Part shown: positions 28,041 through 42,477 of the stretch, piece by piece
How positions within the stretch are numbered: position 1 is the stretch's first letter
Layout: the number at the start of each line of letters is the position of its first letter
Assembly (NCBI RefSeq): GCF_006345805.1
Contig: NC_043003.1
Coordinates: 42,222,001 to 42,286,000, forward strand
From: Octopus sinensis
Lineage: Eukaryota
Length of the DNA: 64,000 nucleotides
Reading direction: 5' to 3'
The notes under the pieces: model-generated
Seen by the model: the letters and a program-made list of their open reading frames with translations, nothing else
Databases searched by the model: none
What the model was told of the DNA's origin: nothing
Made by a program: the position numbers and the translations under genes

Positions 28041-28579
28041 GATGACAACGTAATTAACCACCGTTTTCTACATGAAGGTTTTCACAGTAATTTAGCTACG
28101 TCCCCTAAATTCAGAGCCGTCTGAATTATCCTTCCACTTAACAGGACCAATGAAAATATATCCGTTGGCATTAATGTTGTCGTTATTGTTATTGTAGTTT
28201 AATCCAAGGTCACTCATGATCAGACAATTGCATTCCAGAAATGACCACCCTATTTTTTCTTCTGAAAAGCATGTTGTGCCTTACACTACATTATGCAACG
28301 AGCCCCCTCTTTTCAAGAAAATCGGTTGTGGTTTGAGGAGGTAGTGTTTCCATTTCATGCACGTCGGTTTTCATCGTAGAGCATCTCTCATTGGCTCTTT
28401 CAAAAAAAAATGTAAGACAAGTCCCAGTCTGCTACAAATATGTAATTGTCTTCGAAAGTTACAAATCATTATTGATTGACTGTCAGAAATCATAGACATA
28501 ACTTTGAGTTTGAAGTGTGACGTGAATTATTTTAACATTATCTACAAAAATCGTACTGGATAACATAATAATAATAATA

Positions 28580-28633
<54 letters not shown>

Positions 28634-28786
28634 GTCCTTCCTTTTGGAGGGGATGCAAGTGCAGTGCATACAAGGAAAAATATGTAATGCAAAAACGGGT
28701 CTATAAAACAAGAGAATATGCACACATTACACGCGCATTTTCACGCACACAGATGAATGCGTGCGTGCATGTTTGTGCGTGTGTCC

Positions 28787-28824
<38 letters not shown>

Positions 28825-29162
28825 TGTGTGTGTGTGAGAGAGAGAGAAACAGAGAATGTGTGTGTGTGCGAGCGAGAGAGAGAAGTTGAGAGAGAGTGTG
28901 TGTGTTTTGTGCGAGAAAGAGCTAGAGAGAGAGAGTTAGAGAGAGTCAGAGAAAGAGTGTGTGGGCTGCGAGAGAGAGAGCGAGAGGGAGAGGGTGAGAG
29001 AGAAACTGAGAGATAGATAGAGAGAGAGAGAGAGACGGACGAAACAGGTTTAATATATTCGTGTAAAATCATATTTCGAGCATGCGGAAATAGTCAAGAG
29101 AGGAAACAACTTTCCTCCTGGACGACATTAATTAAAACACATTAGATTTCGAATGACGTTAC

Positions 29163-29262
29163 CGCATTGCAGAACGCACGCGTGTGATAGCTCCTTCCCG
29201 CAGTGATCCACAAGAACTAAATCTGTCACCCACAGCCCGAGAATAACGTATTCGTTTGCACA
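29163..29262 (-). other. Candidate exon (100 nt)
   Basis: ttgtgctgttctag acceptor, gtaacg donor; two open frames; GC-richer than the flanks. Confidence 0.35.
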
Positions 29263-29335
29263 CTAGAACAGCACAAGGGATGTATGAAATAAAATCGTCG
29301 TTGTTTGATACAAAACTTATAAGATCAACGTATCT

Positions 29336-29925
29336 TATTTCTCGATTGCCCACAAGGGGCTACACACAGAGGAGACAAACAAGGAAGACAACGGATTAAG
29401 TCGATTATATCGACCTCAGTGTCGTAACGGGTACTTAATTTATCGACCCCGAAAGGATGAAAGACAAAGTCGACTTCGGCGCGTAATTTGAACTCAGACG
29501 TAAGGCAGACGAAATACCTATTTCTTTATTCCCACAAGGGGCTAACATAGAGGGGACAAACAAGGACAGACATAGTTATTAAGTCGATTACATCGACCCC
29601 AGTTCGTAACTCGTACTTTAATTTATCGACCCCGAAAGGATGAAAGGCAAAGTCGACCTCGGCGGAATTTGAACTCAGAACAGACGAAATACCTATTTCT
29701 TTATTACCCACAAGGGGCTAAACACAGAGGGGACAAACAAGGACAGACATAGGTATTAAGTCGATTACATCGACCCCCAGTGCGTATCTGGTACTTAATT
29801 TATCGACCCCGAAAGGATGAAAGGCAAAGTCGACCTCGGCGGAATTTGAACTCACAACGTAACGCAGACGAAATACCGCTGAGCATTTCGCCCGGCGTGC
29901 TAACGTTTCTGCCAGCTCGCCGCCT
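29336..29925 (-). mobile_element. SINE family A, head-to-tail trimer
   Basis: Full head GGCGGCGAGCTGGCAGAAACGTTAGCACGCCGGGCGAAATGC at 29925; unit junctions at 29693/29694 and 29518/29519. Confidence 0.9.
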
Positions 29926-30737
29926 TCATAAGAGCAACGTTTCTACAAATCTATTAGACGCTGCCATGCACCGAGGAACTCTGCTGCTCTATTCAGTTTC
30001 GGCTGAATTTACTTCGATCTTTTAATTCTGAACGTGTTAATGAGAATCTTCAATAATGGGTAGAACTAGAAGTATCTCATTGGACCGTTCTGTTACTTTT
30101 TAACAAGAGTCAGTAATTTAGGCCTTCTGTATTTGTGGACCACATCTCATCTTGCTTTTCGTCCTTCCGTTCGACAACATCACACTGACTGGCAGTAGGA
30201 GCAGACGTAAAATTTGGGTAACATACGGGGAAATGTGCAACTCTAGCTTCTTACTTGCCTTTAATCAGGTCTTATTTCAAACTTTGTCTAGTAACTTTCT
30301 TTCAAATTTATGTAAGTGCTGGTATGTTTTTTCCATGTGTCGTCAGCATGAGCATGGATATATATTTGTGGAAGGAAATCTGGCTGAATGGTTAAATGGT
30401 TCGTGATACATTCTTATTTCGTGGCGTCTTACGCAAGTCTTTCTCACCGTAACACTTCACTACCCGAAGTCTTCTGAATGAAAACAAGTGAAAAGAAATT
30501 GTATGAAACGCTAGTCTCATTCAGTGATTATCTTGTTACACTGTGTCACGTTGCTTCGGCCTAAGGATCATGAGAAAATTATGATTTGTCTATGGAAGAT
30601 TCAACCACTTACAAGTCAATTTTCTGAGTAGGTAACTTAGATCAGACAATTGAATTGTAGTCCTCGAAGTGGTAAATAATCCGCCATATACGTTTAGGTT
30701 GACAACGACGTAAAAAATGTATGACCCGGCTTAAGTA

Positions 30738-30945
30738 TTGATTTCAAATTTTGGCACAAGTTCAGTAATTCAGGGGGAAAGTTTTAGTCGATTACATCAA
30801 CCTCAGTGCTCAAATGGTAAGTTATTTTACTGACCCTGAAACAATGACAGAGTGGACTTCGGCTGAGTTTGAACTCAGAACGTAAAGGAGGACGAAATGA
30901 AGGTAAGCATTAAGCCTGGTGTGCAAACGATTCTGCCAGCTTAGC
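30738..30945 (-). mobile_element. SINE family A monomer (diverged)
   Basis: rc of head, TTTGAACTCAGAACGT B-box region and core. Confidence 0.8.
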
Positions 30946-31464
30946 TGACTCGGCTTAAGTTTTTTGGGGTTTTTTTTACTACGGTGTTAACATTGCTTGT
31001 TGAAGTAAGAAAAAAAACTAAATGTGAAGCATGAAAATACTTGAAATGTTGTATATTCAAAAGACTTTATATAATTATATATTGATCGTGTACATAATTT
31101 CCCGCCTAGAACAAAAATACACCTAGACCCACCATCACCAGAACGCGCGCGCACACACACACACAAGCAGACAAACGCAGTCGTGAGACTGTTCTTAATG
31201 TCGATCTTTGTATCAAATTCACTTCTATTTAGTTTGGTGCGTATTCATTCTATTGTTTTATATTTACATATTCGCGCTACGTTGCGCACTTGAAATCGTG
31301 TTGTTTTTGTTTTTTCTTTTAACGCATAGAAATATATGCATGCAGGCATATATGCCTAGAAATGCTCAAAACACTATGCAAGACACACATAGAAACATTC
31401 TCGTATCACGAAATGACACAACCATTCATATGGACATACATACATACATACAAATATGTATATA

Positions 31465-31530
<66 letters not shown>

Positions 31531-31730
31531 TATGTGTGTGTGTGTGTATTTATGTATGTATGTATTCATGTATACACAAAAACACACGCACAGTCACTCA
31601 TGTGCGCATATGTAGATAGACTGATAGATCGATAAACAAACAGATAACGAGTTGGACAGACCGACAGACGGCCAGAGAAAAAAGACAGGCAAACAGATAT
31701 ACATAAATATAGACAGATACATACACAGAC

Positions 31731-31767
<37 letters not shown>

Positions 31768-32248
31768 AGAAAGAGAAAGAGATTAGACAAACAACGGAAA
31801 ACGAAAGAGCAAAAACAAAAAGATTTAACATGATGAGCTAAGTTTACGGTCAAAATTATTAGTTTCACGCTCAAAGTGGAAAGAATTAATTATAAGGTCT
31901 CGGATATTGTCCATTTTTGGAATGTAGGGGATGGGGAAAGAGAGGGGAAAGGAAGAGTAGAACTGAATAAAGCCGTATGGATATAAATAATCTTCAAATA
32001 AAAGAATCGTCTCGAAAATGCCCAGTGTTGTTTCACACGCATACTTACAAACGCAAGTAAGCTATCACGGCGAATCACACACCCATATATCTGTATGAAT
32101 CATGATGTATGCATGTATGTATGTATGTATGTATTTATGTATGTATGTATGTATGTATGTATGTATTTGTCTATCTATCTATCTATCTATCTATCTCTCC
32201 ATCCATCCATCCATCCATCCATCCATCCATCCATCCATCCATCCATCC

Positions 32249-32289
<41 letters not shown>

Positions 32290-32310
32290 CTATCTATCTA
32301 TCTATAGAAT

Positions 32311-32389
<79 letters not shown>

Positions 32390-32500
32390 GTGGGTAGATA
32401 GCTAGACAGATAGACAGATAGACAGATAGGTAGGTAGGATGATGGATGGATGGGTGGATGTATACGTACTTACGTACACACACACATAACACACACATAC

Positions 32501-32531
<31 letters not shown>

Positions 32532-33513
32532 CATACATACATACATACATACATACATACATACATACATACATACATAATGCTTACGTACATACATACA
32601 TAATGCTTACATACATACATATATACATATATACATGAAAAAAAAACTGAAATTCATATCATTATATACTTTTCACTCCTGCCTGACATGTGTGTGTATA
32701 TAAATATGCAAGTTTTCGCCTATAAAGACTATTTGCTGTTCTCAAGTGGTTTCTCCTGTATTATTATCAATCAAATTCACCCAGTCTCTTTGAAATCGAT
32801 CAGTGTTGAATTTTTAAAACGCTATTACGTTTTAACTTAGCTCACTTCCGTTTCCGCTGTACACATTCTTATCAATAACAGTTCTTCTTATGTGAAAAAG
32901 TATTTCAACATGAAAACTCTTCAAGAATGTGAAGTAGAAGTATGATATTTCCTATTTTAATCGTGTTTCTCTATCAATCATATATATACGCAATCTCTCT
33001 TTCCACTCCTCAGCTGTCTCTCCTGTACATCTGTATTTTTCTAGATCGACATCTCTATTTTCATTTCCCAAAATCCGCACAAAGACACACACACACACAC
33101 ACAAACATACACGCACACAAAGACACGCACACACACAAACACACACACACACACACACACATCACATCGCACGCGCACGCATACATCAGAAGTATACTTG
33201 TATATGTCTGTGTATGTGCGGTTGTTTGTGTGCATGTGTGTGCGTGTGAGGAGGTGGTGTGTGTATGTATTGCTCAGTGCGTGTGTTCATGTGTGTTCAT
33301 GTGTGTATACTTATTTTGAATGAAATTACAAATATTACTTTTTATGTCAATTTCAAGAAATACCAGAAATACATATATCTATACCGAAAAAACTTTTTCA
33401 TGAAAATAGTGTAATTCTGGGATTTCACATATGTAAAAAAATAGTAAACATATATATCTTATTATTCTGACGACAGTTGACACGTTAACTTTTCAGAATA
33501 TCATATGTAAAGC

Positions 33514-34080
33514 GAAACGTTAGCTCGCCGAGCGAAATGCGTAGCCGTATTTTGTCTGCCGTTACATCCTGAGTTCAAATTCCGCCGAGGTCGACATTGC
33601 CTATCATCCTTTCGGGGTCGATTAAATAAGTACCAGTTACGCACTGGGGTCGATGTAATCGACTTAATCCCTTTGTCTGTCCTTGTTTGTCCTCTCTGTG
33701 GGTAGTAAAGAAATAGGTATTTCGTCTGACTTTACGTTCTGAGTTCAAACTCCGCCGAGGTCGACTTTGCCTTTCATCCTTTCGGGGTCGATAAATTAAG
33801 TACCAATTGAGCACTAGAGTCGATGTAATCGACTTAATCACTTTGTCTGTCCTTGTTTGTTCCCTCTATGTTTAGCCCCTTGAGGGCAATAAAGAAATAA
33901 GAAAAGTTAGCACGCCGGGCGAAACGCTTAGCGGCATTTCGTCTGTTTTTACGTTCTGAGTTCAAATTCTACCGAGGTCAACTTTGCCTTTCATCCTTTC
34001 GGGGTCGATAAATTAAGTACCAGTTGCGTACTGAGGTCGATCTAAATGACTGGCTCCCCTTCCCCAAAATTTCGGGCCTA
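33514..34080 (+). mobile_element. SINE family A, trimer
   Basis: Three copies of the B box plus core. Unit 2 starts at 33716; unit 3 starts at about 33900 with a partial head and a different tail. Confidence 0.9.
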
Positions 34081-34831
34081 AAGCAGAAAAGAATATCATT
34101 ATATATGTGAAAGAGAAGAGACAAGAACAAAAAAGAAAGCGAAACAAGAGAGGCAGACAAAACGGATGAAGTAATGTTGACGTAGAAAGAGTACCCATAG
34201 AAGAAGAAGAAAAATAAAAAGAAAGTGACAGAAAACAATAAGAAGCAAATTATAAAGAAGTAAAATTATAATTAAATCGAACAGAAAAGGAGAAATAACG
34301 GGAAGGTATAAGGAATGAGGATAAAAGAGGGGGAAAAGGCTGAGGAAAGAAATGGTAAATGTTTGAACATATTTTAGAAATGTAAGTACGAATCACAGTA
34401 AAGATTTAAAATAAACAGCATGCATGGTAGTGATTTTAAAGCATCTTTGAATAAGTACGTAGGAAAGGAATGATCAAATGTTTTCTTTTTTGCTTATTTT
34501 TTTCTTATAACGATCTACTTAGATGGTGACAGATTATGAGATGAAAACAATGTTTCTGGAAAATATAGTTCATATTGTGCTCTGGTTGAATTAGCCCCCA
34601 TTGGTGAAACGGGAAACAGAATAAGATCATTGTCTCAATTTGACTCTACCGTAAGCAGTCAGATTTTAAATCAATAAATGCTTTCGTTTGTATGGGACTG
34701 TCGTGCACAAACTGCGGCCAGCGGAACTTTTTGAATGATACGCCTAACGAAAAACTACCTCTGCAATTTTTAGCACTGCATCTCCTCTGATGATAAGCCA
34801 TGCCTCATGAGGGTCCCCCTTCTTCAAATAA

Positions 34832-34845
34832 TTTGCCCATGCCTG
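34832..34845. mobile_element. Isolated hAT-like MITE terminus (TTTGCCCATGCCTG)
   Basis: Resembles the rc of the common hAT end CAGGCATGGGCAAA. No partner end found. Confidence 0.35.
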
Positions 34846-35194
34846 ATATAGCGCCTCCATCAGAATAAATCGACCATAAATCGTTATATGTGCGCACATA
34901 ACTGGTCACGATTTGTTTATCAGTGTTACAGATATCTATTCCAAGGAAAGGCCTCTGACTAACCGTTGCAGTATGGCATCAGTGTCGTCCTTGACGTTGG
35001 TGTAAGAATGCAAAAGAAAAGTTACCACTAAGTATATTTGCCTACCCACTACAAAGTTCCGCTACTTCTTCTCAAGCATCTGGTTCCTATGGACCCTCTT
35101 TGATTCCTATTTTACTCAGATAGGCCCTCATGGATATTCAATTTAAAACTAAATCCTATTATATTTTCATCATTAAATATTTAGGAGTTGTATT

Positions 35195-35400
35195 AAGGCG
35201 GCGAGCTAACATAATCGTTAGTGAGTTGGACGTAATGCTTAGTGCTATTTCGCCCGTCGCTACGTTCTGAGTTCTGAGTCAACCGAGGTCGACATTGCCT
35301 TTCATCCTTTTGTGGTCGATAAATTAAGTACCAGTGAAACTCTCGGGTCGATGTAATCGACTTACTCTTCTCCCCCATGCTTGTGGCAAAAATTTGAAAT
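35195..35400 (+). mobile_element. SINE family A monomer
   Basis: TAAGGCGGCGAGCTAAC head, GAGTTCTGAGTCAACCGAGGTCGAC, core GCCTTTCATCCTTTTGTGGTCGATAAATTAAGTACCAG. Confidence 0.85.
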
Positions 35401-35527
35401 CATTATTAGTAATTGTATTAAATAATTGTTAAAATACTTTCTGTGTTGTATAAGTATAACCAATTAATTGCGCATAAATTTTAGCAACAAATATTTTATG
35501 TGGGCCACCAGGGGTTATATGGAACCC

Positions 35528-35542
35528 GATTGAGAACCACTG
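35528..35542. mobile_element. Isolated hAT-like MITE terminus (GATTGAGAACCACTG)
   Basis: Resembles the rc of the hAT/Charlie-type end CAGTGGTTCTCAA. No partner end found. Confidence 0.4.
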
Positions 35543-37105
35543 CGCTAAACCATTGGTCTGTTTTTGTACTGCTTTTACCGACCCCGAAACAAAGAAAAAT
35601 AAAATTGTTTCCGGTGATATTTGAACTCAGAGCGCCGGGAATCGGAACAAATAAAACGTCATCTCATATGGAAATGCATCAACATGGTACGTATATAATT
35701 AATTGTTAAACATTGTCATAGTAATTAATTACATATTGGTAATATACGAATGATGAAGTGTTTTACTTTTATTATAATTTGATAAATATTTCTATTTTCA
35801 AAATTAGACTTCGTTTCATTGTTTCCTATCAGCAACATGAAATATGAGAAGAAGAAAATAAACTTCAATTATAATTATTGCACCTATGTAATATTGCTTG
35901 ATATTATATATAGTGTTCAAAGATAATATTGATCATATATATAACAGGTAACATGCTAGCGACATTAAAATTTTGGAAAATTCTTAATGAACTTAATGAA
36001 AATTCAACAATTAATCAAATTACTCTTTATTAATTTCAAATAATTCTTATATCCATATTTTCCTTTCAGAAAACTCTTTTGTAATTTCCCATATGTTTTC
36101 AATTTTTCCCGTTTGTAATTTTCCTTCATTCTCTATCCATATTACAATCTGTTATCTTTGCATACGTTTTCTTTAATTTATATCCTATCGTCACTTAAAT
36201 TAAAGTTGAAAGCATTAAGCAGATACACTAAATGGGTCATTGCTGGAGGCCACCGACTAAATCTTCATATTCCAACAGCAGGCAAAAAGAACAACTACAG
36301 CATAAATACGTTAAAATTTGATCGGTGTTAAGGCCATAGGGTTTAATTGCAATTGAATGTAAGGAAAACAATTCTGTGAAAAATTACACTGGCGTGCCAT
36401 CTTCATGGAAATATATAGTCAAATTTGCGTTAAATATATCTGTGTGCGTGTGTTTGTGCCTATGTGTGTGTGTGTATGTATGTGCGTGGGAGCATGTGTA
36501 CTACGCATTAAATAGCTAATTAGGTTTAATTATCTGTAAAGAAATTAAAAACATGTGAAACAGGCAAATCTGCAGATGCAGATTTCAGTGATAAAACAAC
36601 AACAATAATAATGGTTTCAAATTTTGGCAAAAGGTCAAAACAAATAAGGGAAAGGAGTTTACTAATGACATCAAACACAGTATTAGACTGCACAAGTTGA
36701 CCTCACAAATTTAATTAAGGTCACAAAAAGACGGAAGACTTTTAGTCAAATCTACCGCCGTTTCAAAGCAGAAACAAAGTTTGTTATGCTTCAAATAAAA
36801 CGGTGTCGAAGTCACAATTTTCCAGTATTTTGAGCCAAATATATTCTCATTTGGGGACAAAACTGGAAAACTTTTGCATAACACTGTAATCATGTTTTCT
36901 CATTTAGGCAGAAAAATCTAGCAGTTACGAGAGGTAGGGAACAGTGGATATCATAGTCTAGAATAATTGACTAGTAGATTGTCTTATCGACCCACGAAAT
37001 GAATAGCCAACCTTCACATGTTATTTTACGCTATGAATCTAAAATGATACGAAACAATTTTGTCCAATACTCTAACGATTCTGCCAATCCACTGTCATTC
37101 GAGAA

Positions 37106-37194
<89 letters not shown>

Positions 37195-37219
37195 TAATAA
37201 TAATAATAATTTTTTTTCA

Positions 37220-37425
37220 ACTATAGGTACAAGGCCTGAGATTTGCGGAGAGGGGACTAGTCGATTATATCGACCCCAGTGTATCACTGGTGCTTCATTT
37301 ATCGAATCCGAATGGATGAAAGGGAAAGTCAACCTCGGTGTAATTTGAACTCAGAGCGTAGCGACGGGCGAAATACCGCTAAGCATATCGTCCAGCGAAC
37401 TAACGATTCTGCCAGCTCGCCGCCT
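37220..37425 (-). mobile_element. SINE family A monomer
   Basis: Complete rc head (GATTCTGCCAGCTCGCCGCCTT), B box and core; flanked by (AAT)n tracts. Confidence 0.85.
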
Positions 37426-39045
37426 TAATAATAATAATAATATAATAATATAATGATAATAGTAATAGTAATAATTGTAACATTACTATGGCGGTAACAT
37501 CAATAATATCAACGTGATATAGAATAGGAGCTATACGATAAAATTAATCTGTTGTACAAAATGAAAGACAAAAGAAGAGAGCTTCAGCTTCAGCATTTTT
37601 ATAATAATCACCAACACTATAAACATCATCTCCATCACAATTACTATAACCTTTCCTCTCAATTCAATAATCGTCGTCTTCTTCCGCATCATCATTATAA
37701 TCCTCATTCCCCATCGTCGTCGTCATCATCATGCCAATCATGATGATCATCACCATCGTCGTTATCATCATAATCCACGACAAAAAGAAAAAGGTGGCGC
37801 TGTATATATATATATATATATATATCTATATATATACATACATATATATGTATGTTTTCTATATATGCACATGCTTATGCACTAGTGTTTGTGTATATAT
37901 GTGCATATGTGCATCTGTCTGTCTGTGTATGTGCATATGTGCATGTATGTATGTGTGTAAACAATGATAATATCACACTGAGTATTTACCCTTTGATGTC
38001 TCTCGGAATGTAATTAGTCATTTTCGGTAATCGTTCAAGGGAGACTATTTCGTTAATTAAACCAACGTAATGAAAGTTTTACTAAATCAATAAATCAAAT
38101 TGGTTAATTTATAAATATTACTGTTTGGTTATAGCTCATCTTGTTGTTGCTGTTGCTGTTGCTTTTGCTGTAATGTTTATTTTTTTTATAGTTGCTATTA
38201 CTGGTGTTGTTCCTATTGCATTGCCGTCATCATTTGTTTTCATTTTATTTTAATGGCTGTTATTGTTGACGCCATTGCTATTACCGCAGTTATCGTTACA
38301 TTATCATTATTTGTGGTGTTATCATCGTTTGTTTATATTTTTTAGTGTTTTATATTTTATTTGTGATGCTTGTAGTTGTTGTTGTCATTGATTTTGTTGT
38401 TGTGGCTATTGTTGTTTTTGTAGTTGTTTCAATTACATTGCTTAAGTTTCGTAATAAATTTTCACTTTATTTTCCTGCATTGTTTCGATTTGCTATTGAG
38501 AAAACAATTTTTTTTCATCCTGCTCCTCTTTTTTTCTTAATTATTTCTGTTCCTATTGTTGTTGCTGTTGTTGATGCTGGTTTCCGTGAGGAACATCATT
38601 TCCTATTACTTGCACCTGATATAGAAAACATCAGGTCATGTGATAAAGCATCAGGTGGAAGAACATTGTAAGAATTTGAACAATGCTTTTCAGAAAGAAT
38701 AAACAAACCATATAGATATGTGGATGCTTACACACATGCATGTATGCATGAATATATACACATGTATACACACTAATACACTTAAATGAGCGTGCTCATA
38801 TAGATCATTCAAGTTATTTTACTGCACATAGCACGCGCTAGCTAATAACACATGAGTGTTATTGGCTAATCATGGTGGAAGGCACATTCAAACTGGAGGC
38901 CAGGAACGAATACTTTTCAAGAGGTGTACTGCTTTAAAGTTATCTATGTCTGCCAGTCTCTCTCTCTATCTTCCTATTTCTCTCTCCCCCTGTCTGTTTG
39001 TTTGTCTGTCTGTCTCTTTCTCTCTCCTCTCTCTCTCTCTATATA

Positions 39046-39083
<38 letters not shown>

Positions 39084-39099
39084 CATACGTACATACATA

Positions 39100-39275
39100 C
39101 ATATGTATGAGTGGCCATGCAGGAGCACCACCTTTACCCGAGCAAATCGACCCCATGACTTCTTCTTTGTAAGCCTAGTACTTATTTTGCCGAACCGCTA
39201 AGTTACGGGGACGTAAGCACACCAACATCGGTTGTCAAGTGATGTTGGGGGGGGGGACAAACAGACACACAAACA

Positions 39276-39317
<42 letters not shown>

Positions 39318-39330
39318 CTTGCAATGTTTT
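39100..39330 (-). mobile_element. SINE family B, 3' half
   Basis: GCCGAACCGCTAAGTTACGGGGACGTAAGCACACCAACATCGGTTGTCAAG followed by (CA)n. Confidence 0.8.
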
Positions 39331-39359
39331 GGCATTAGAGAATTCAACTTATTGAAGAA

Positions 39360-39417
<58 letters not shown>

Positions 39418-40291
39418 ATATGTATATATATAAACACTCTACATTCCTTGGCACCACATGGGCTCAACTACCTACTCTGTTCATCTGACACCAACCTTAC
39501 TTTCTCTCTTCATTTGACGCCAATCTCACGAGGATTGCCACTCACATACCACATCTTCTACCAGCACACCTGCATACCGCCCACCTCGAGGACTGCCACT
39601 CACGCGCACCACTATATACACACCCATGCACACTGTTCAACTCATTACTCATCTACCACACCATTAACACACAACCACAACACCTCACTCCACACACACT
39701 TCTCAATACCCACACAATACACCAACAGCCACACATACACAGACAATGTTCAATAGCGTCACTACTCATACAACTATATCAGTAGCCACAAACACTGTTT
39801 AACTCAGTACACATACCACACACCATCGTGCACACTCCCACACCCACACAAGCACATAGCACGTGAACACAGACAATATATACACATACACATACACACA
39901 TGCATACACGCAGCGCACATAAACACAGGTAAACACACATACACGCAGATAAATTTCAACCACATACATAGATTATAAACATGCACGACTATTTGGTCAC
40001 AGTGACACACACACGCATAAACATGAGCACAGCCACGTGATATAAGCACACATCAACAGGTACACATACGCACATACACATACACACGTTACGCACGTAC
40101 ACACACGTCAAACTCACTCGCCCTCATTCACACGTACACACTTATACAACCACACCATTCTCACATACACACACATGTTTGCGCACCTCTTCATTTTGGG
40201 ATTTTCCCCCAATCAACACCACTTTGGACCACTGAACTTAACACGTTTCTTGTTCATTCTCTCTCGATTGTAAGAATATATACTCACTAGT

Positions 40292-40677
40292 GGAGGCGCA
40301 ATGGCCCAGTGGTTAGGGCAGCGAACTCGCGGTCGTAGGATCGCGGTTTCGATTCCCAGACCGGGCCGTTGTGAGTGTTTATTGAGCGAAAACACCTAAA
40401 GCTCCACGAGGCTCCGGCAGGGGTTGGTGTGATCCCTGCTGTACTCTTTCACCACAACTTTTCTACACTTCTCTCACTCTTACTTCCTGTTTCTGTATTT
40501 CAAAGGACCGGGCCTTGTCACTCTCTGTGTCACGCTGAATATCCCCGAGAACTACGTTAGGGTACACTGTCTTTGGAGTGCTCAGCACTTACACGTTAAT
40601 TTCACGAGCAGGCTGTTCCGTTGATCGGATCAACCGTAACCCTCGTCGTCGTAACCGACGGAGTGCTTCATATATCC
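40292..40677 (+). mobile_element. SINE family D, young full-length copy with a 12-bp target-site duplication
   Basis: tRNA-like head GGAGGCGCAATGGCCCAGTGGTTAGGGCAGCG...GGTTTCGATTCCCAGACC (A and B boxes). ATATACTCACTA is repeated at 40278-40289 and 40678-40689. Confidence 0.88.
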
Positions 40678-41036
40678 ATATACTCACTAAAGATTCATCC
40701 TAATTCTTCGAACACCACCGCTCCTTGAACTCCTACCTTCTAACTTCGTCGTCGATTCGTAAAACGTGAATGCGTAGACCAAAAATATTAATGAAGGTAC
40801 ATTCATGTAGTATACGCTTTCATGATTTGTATGTCTGTACCTGAATTGTTACTGTATATGAATATGCCTATGATGCGAAGCGATTTATTATGACAAAGGG
40901 ACTTGACCTTGAAATCTAGTCTCCATTCTTGCTTTATAATCTTATTGCTCCTGAAAAGCGCTAATTAGGTGCGCTGTATTAAAGGATATACTTTTTATAT
41001 ACCCCTCATAATTATATACATATATATATAGTATAT

Positions 41037-41072
<36 letters not shown>

Positions 41073-41380
41073 GGGTGTGTGTGTGTGTGTGTGGTGTTGT
41101 GTGTGTGTATGTGTGTGTGTGCGTCTGTGTGTGTTATATATATAAAGTAAAGGCTATTTTCCAACATGATATGGCTGTCCTTGGGGGTGGGGTACTGGTG
41201 TTTAGCCCCAGGAAACATCGTTCCCAATTGTCTACACGAAAACATATAAGTGTCCTTCTGTGTTCGAATAGGGTGTTCAGCACAAAGCAACATCTGATGA
41301 CCGGTTTCTGGGTTATTGCACTTTATCAACAGAGACAGATAGATCAATCGATCGATAGGTAGACAGCTAGATAGATAGAC

Positions 41381-41431
<51 letters not shown>

Positions 41432-41432
41432 C

Positions 41433-41530
<98 letters not shown>

Positions 41531-41907
41531 GGAGGGATGGAGGGAGAAATGGATGGATGGATAGATATGGATACTCATGCACACAAAAACACACACTCAC
41601 ACATGCACACGCACACACAGATATCAGTATTTACTGATAAACTCAACATCTACCATTTATATATGAATATATAAATGAAGAATTCCAATACTTGCGTCAA
41701 AAAATCTCAGAATGCGGTACAATAGTGCAGTAAGTGCATTGATGCACCTGGCAATTGTTAAGAATGGTCAACAACAATAAGAACATCAGCAGAAGCGACT
41801 TTTTTATCTTGGCAGGTGCAGCATATCTCTTCTTCGGCTAATTACTTTTAGGTGAGTGCACTGGAAAAATATGCTTGTGTTCATGTATGCATTTATATAT
41901 AATATAT

Positions 41908-41968
<61 letters not shown>

Positions 41969-42446
41969 CCATTATGTGGTTTGTGTTTCTGTGCTTGTGT
42001 ATATGTGTGTGTTTGTGCGTGTGTCTGTGTGCATATAGAAACTGTATGCTTGCTGATACCTTGCTTTTGATATATGTATGTTTCTGTGTATGCATGCATT
42101 ATCACTCTCCGCATATAACCAATGTTTAGCCTTACTGTGTACGTATATATACGTGCCTGAGAAAAGAAAAAAAAAGTGTTGGTGACGTTTATGCACACAC
42201 GTGCATATGAGTACGCGTGTGTTTGCGTCAATATATTTATCTGTGTTATCCGGAAACGTATTTCTGTTACCCTACATACAGACAATCTGCGCATGACACA
42301 GATTTTCCGGCGTATACCTATGTATATTAGTATGTGTGTAGCTGCGTGATTATATATTTATGTATATTCGTTCGATTGTGTATCATCATTTGTTAAACAG
42401 TGAATACTTTATTATGGCGGGTGAGTTTGTATGCTTATATATATAT

Positions 42447-42477
<31 letters not shown>

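Noticed and set aside
40292-40365. tRNA gene at the heads of SINEs (also 44570-44645, 61118-61181, 29860-29925)
   Set aside because: A and B boxes are present, but no complete cloverleaf or acceptor stem, and each continues into a repeated SINE body.
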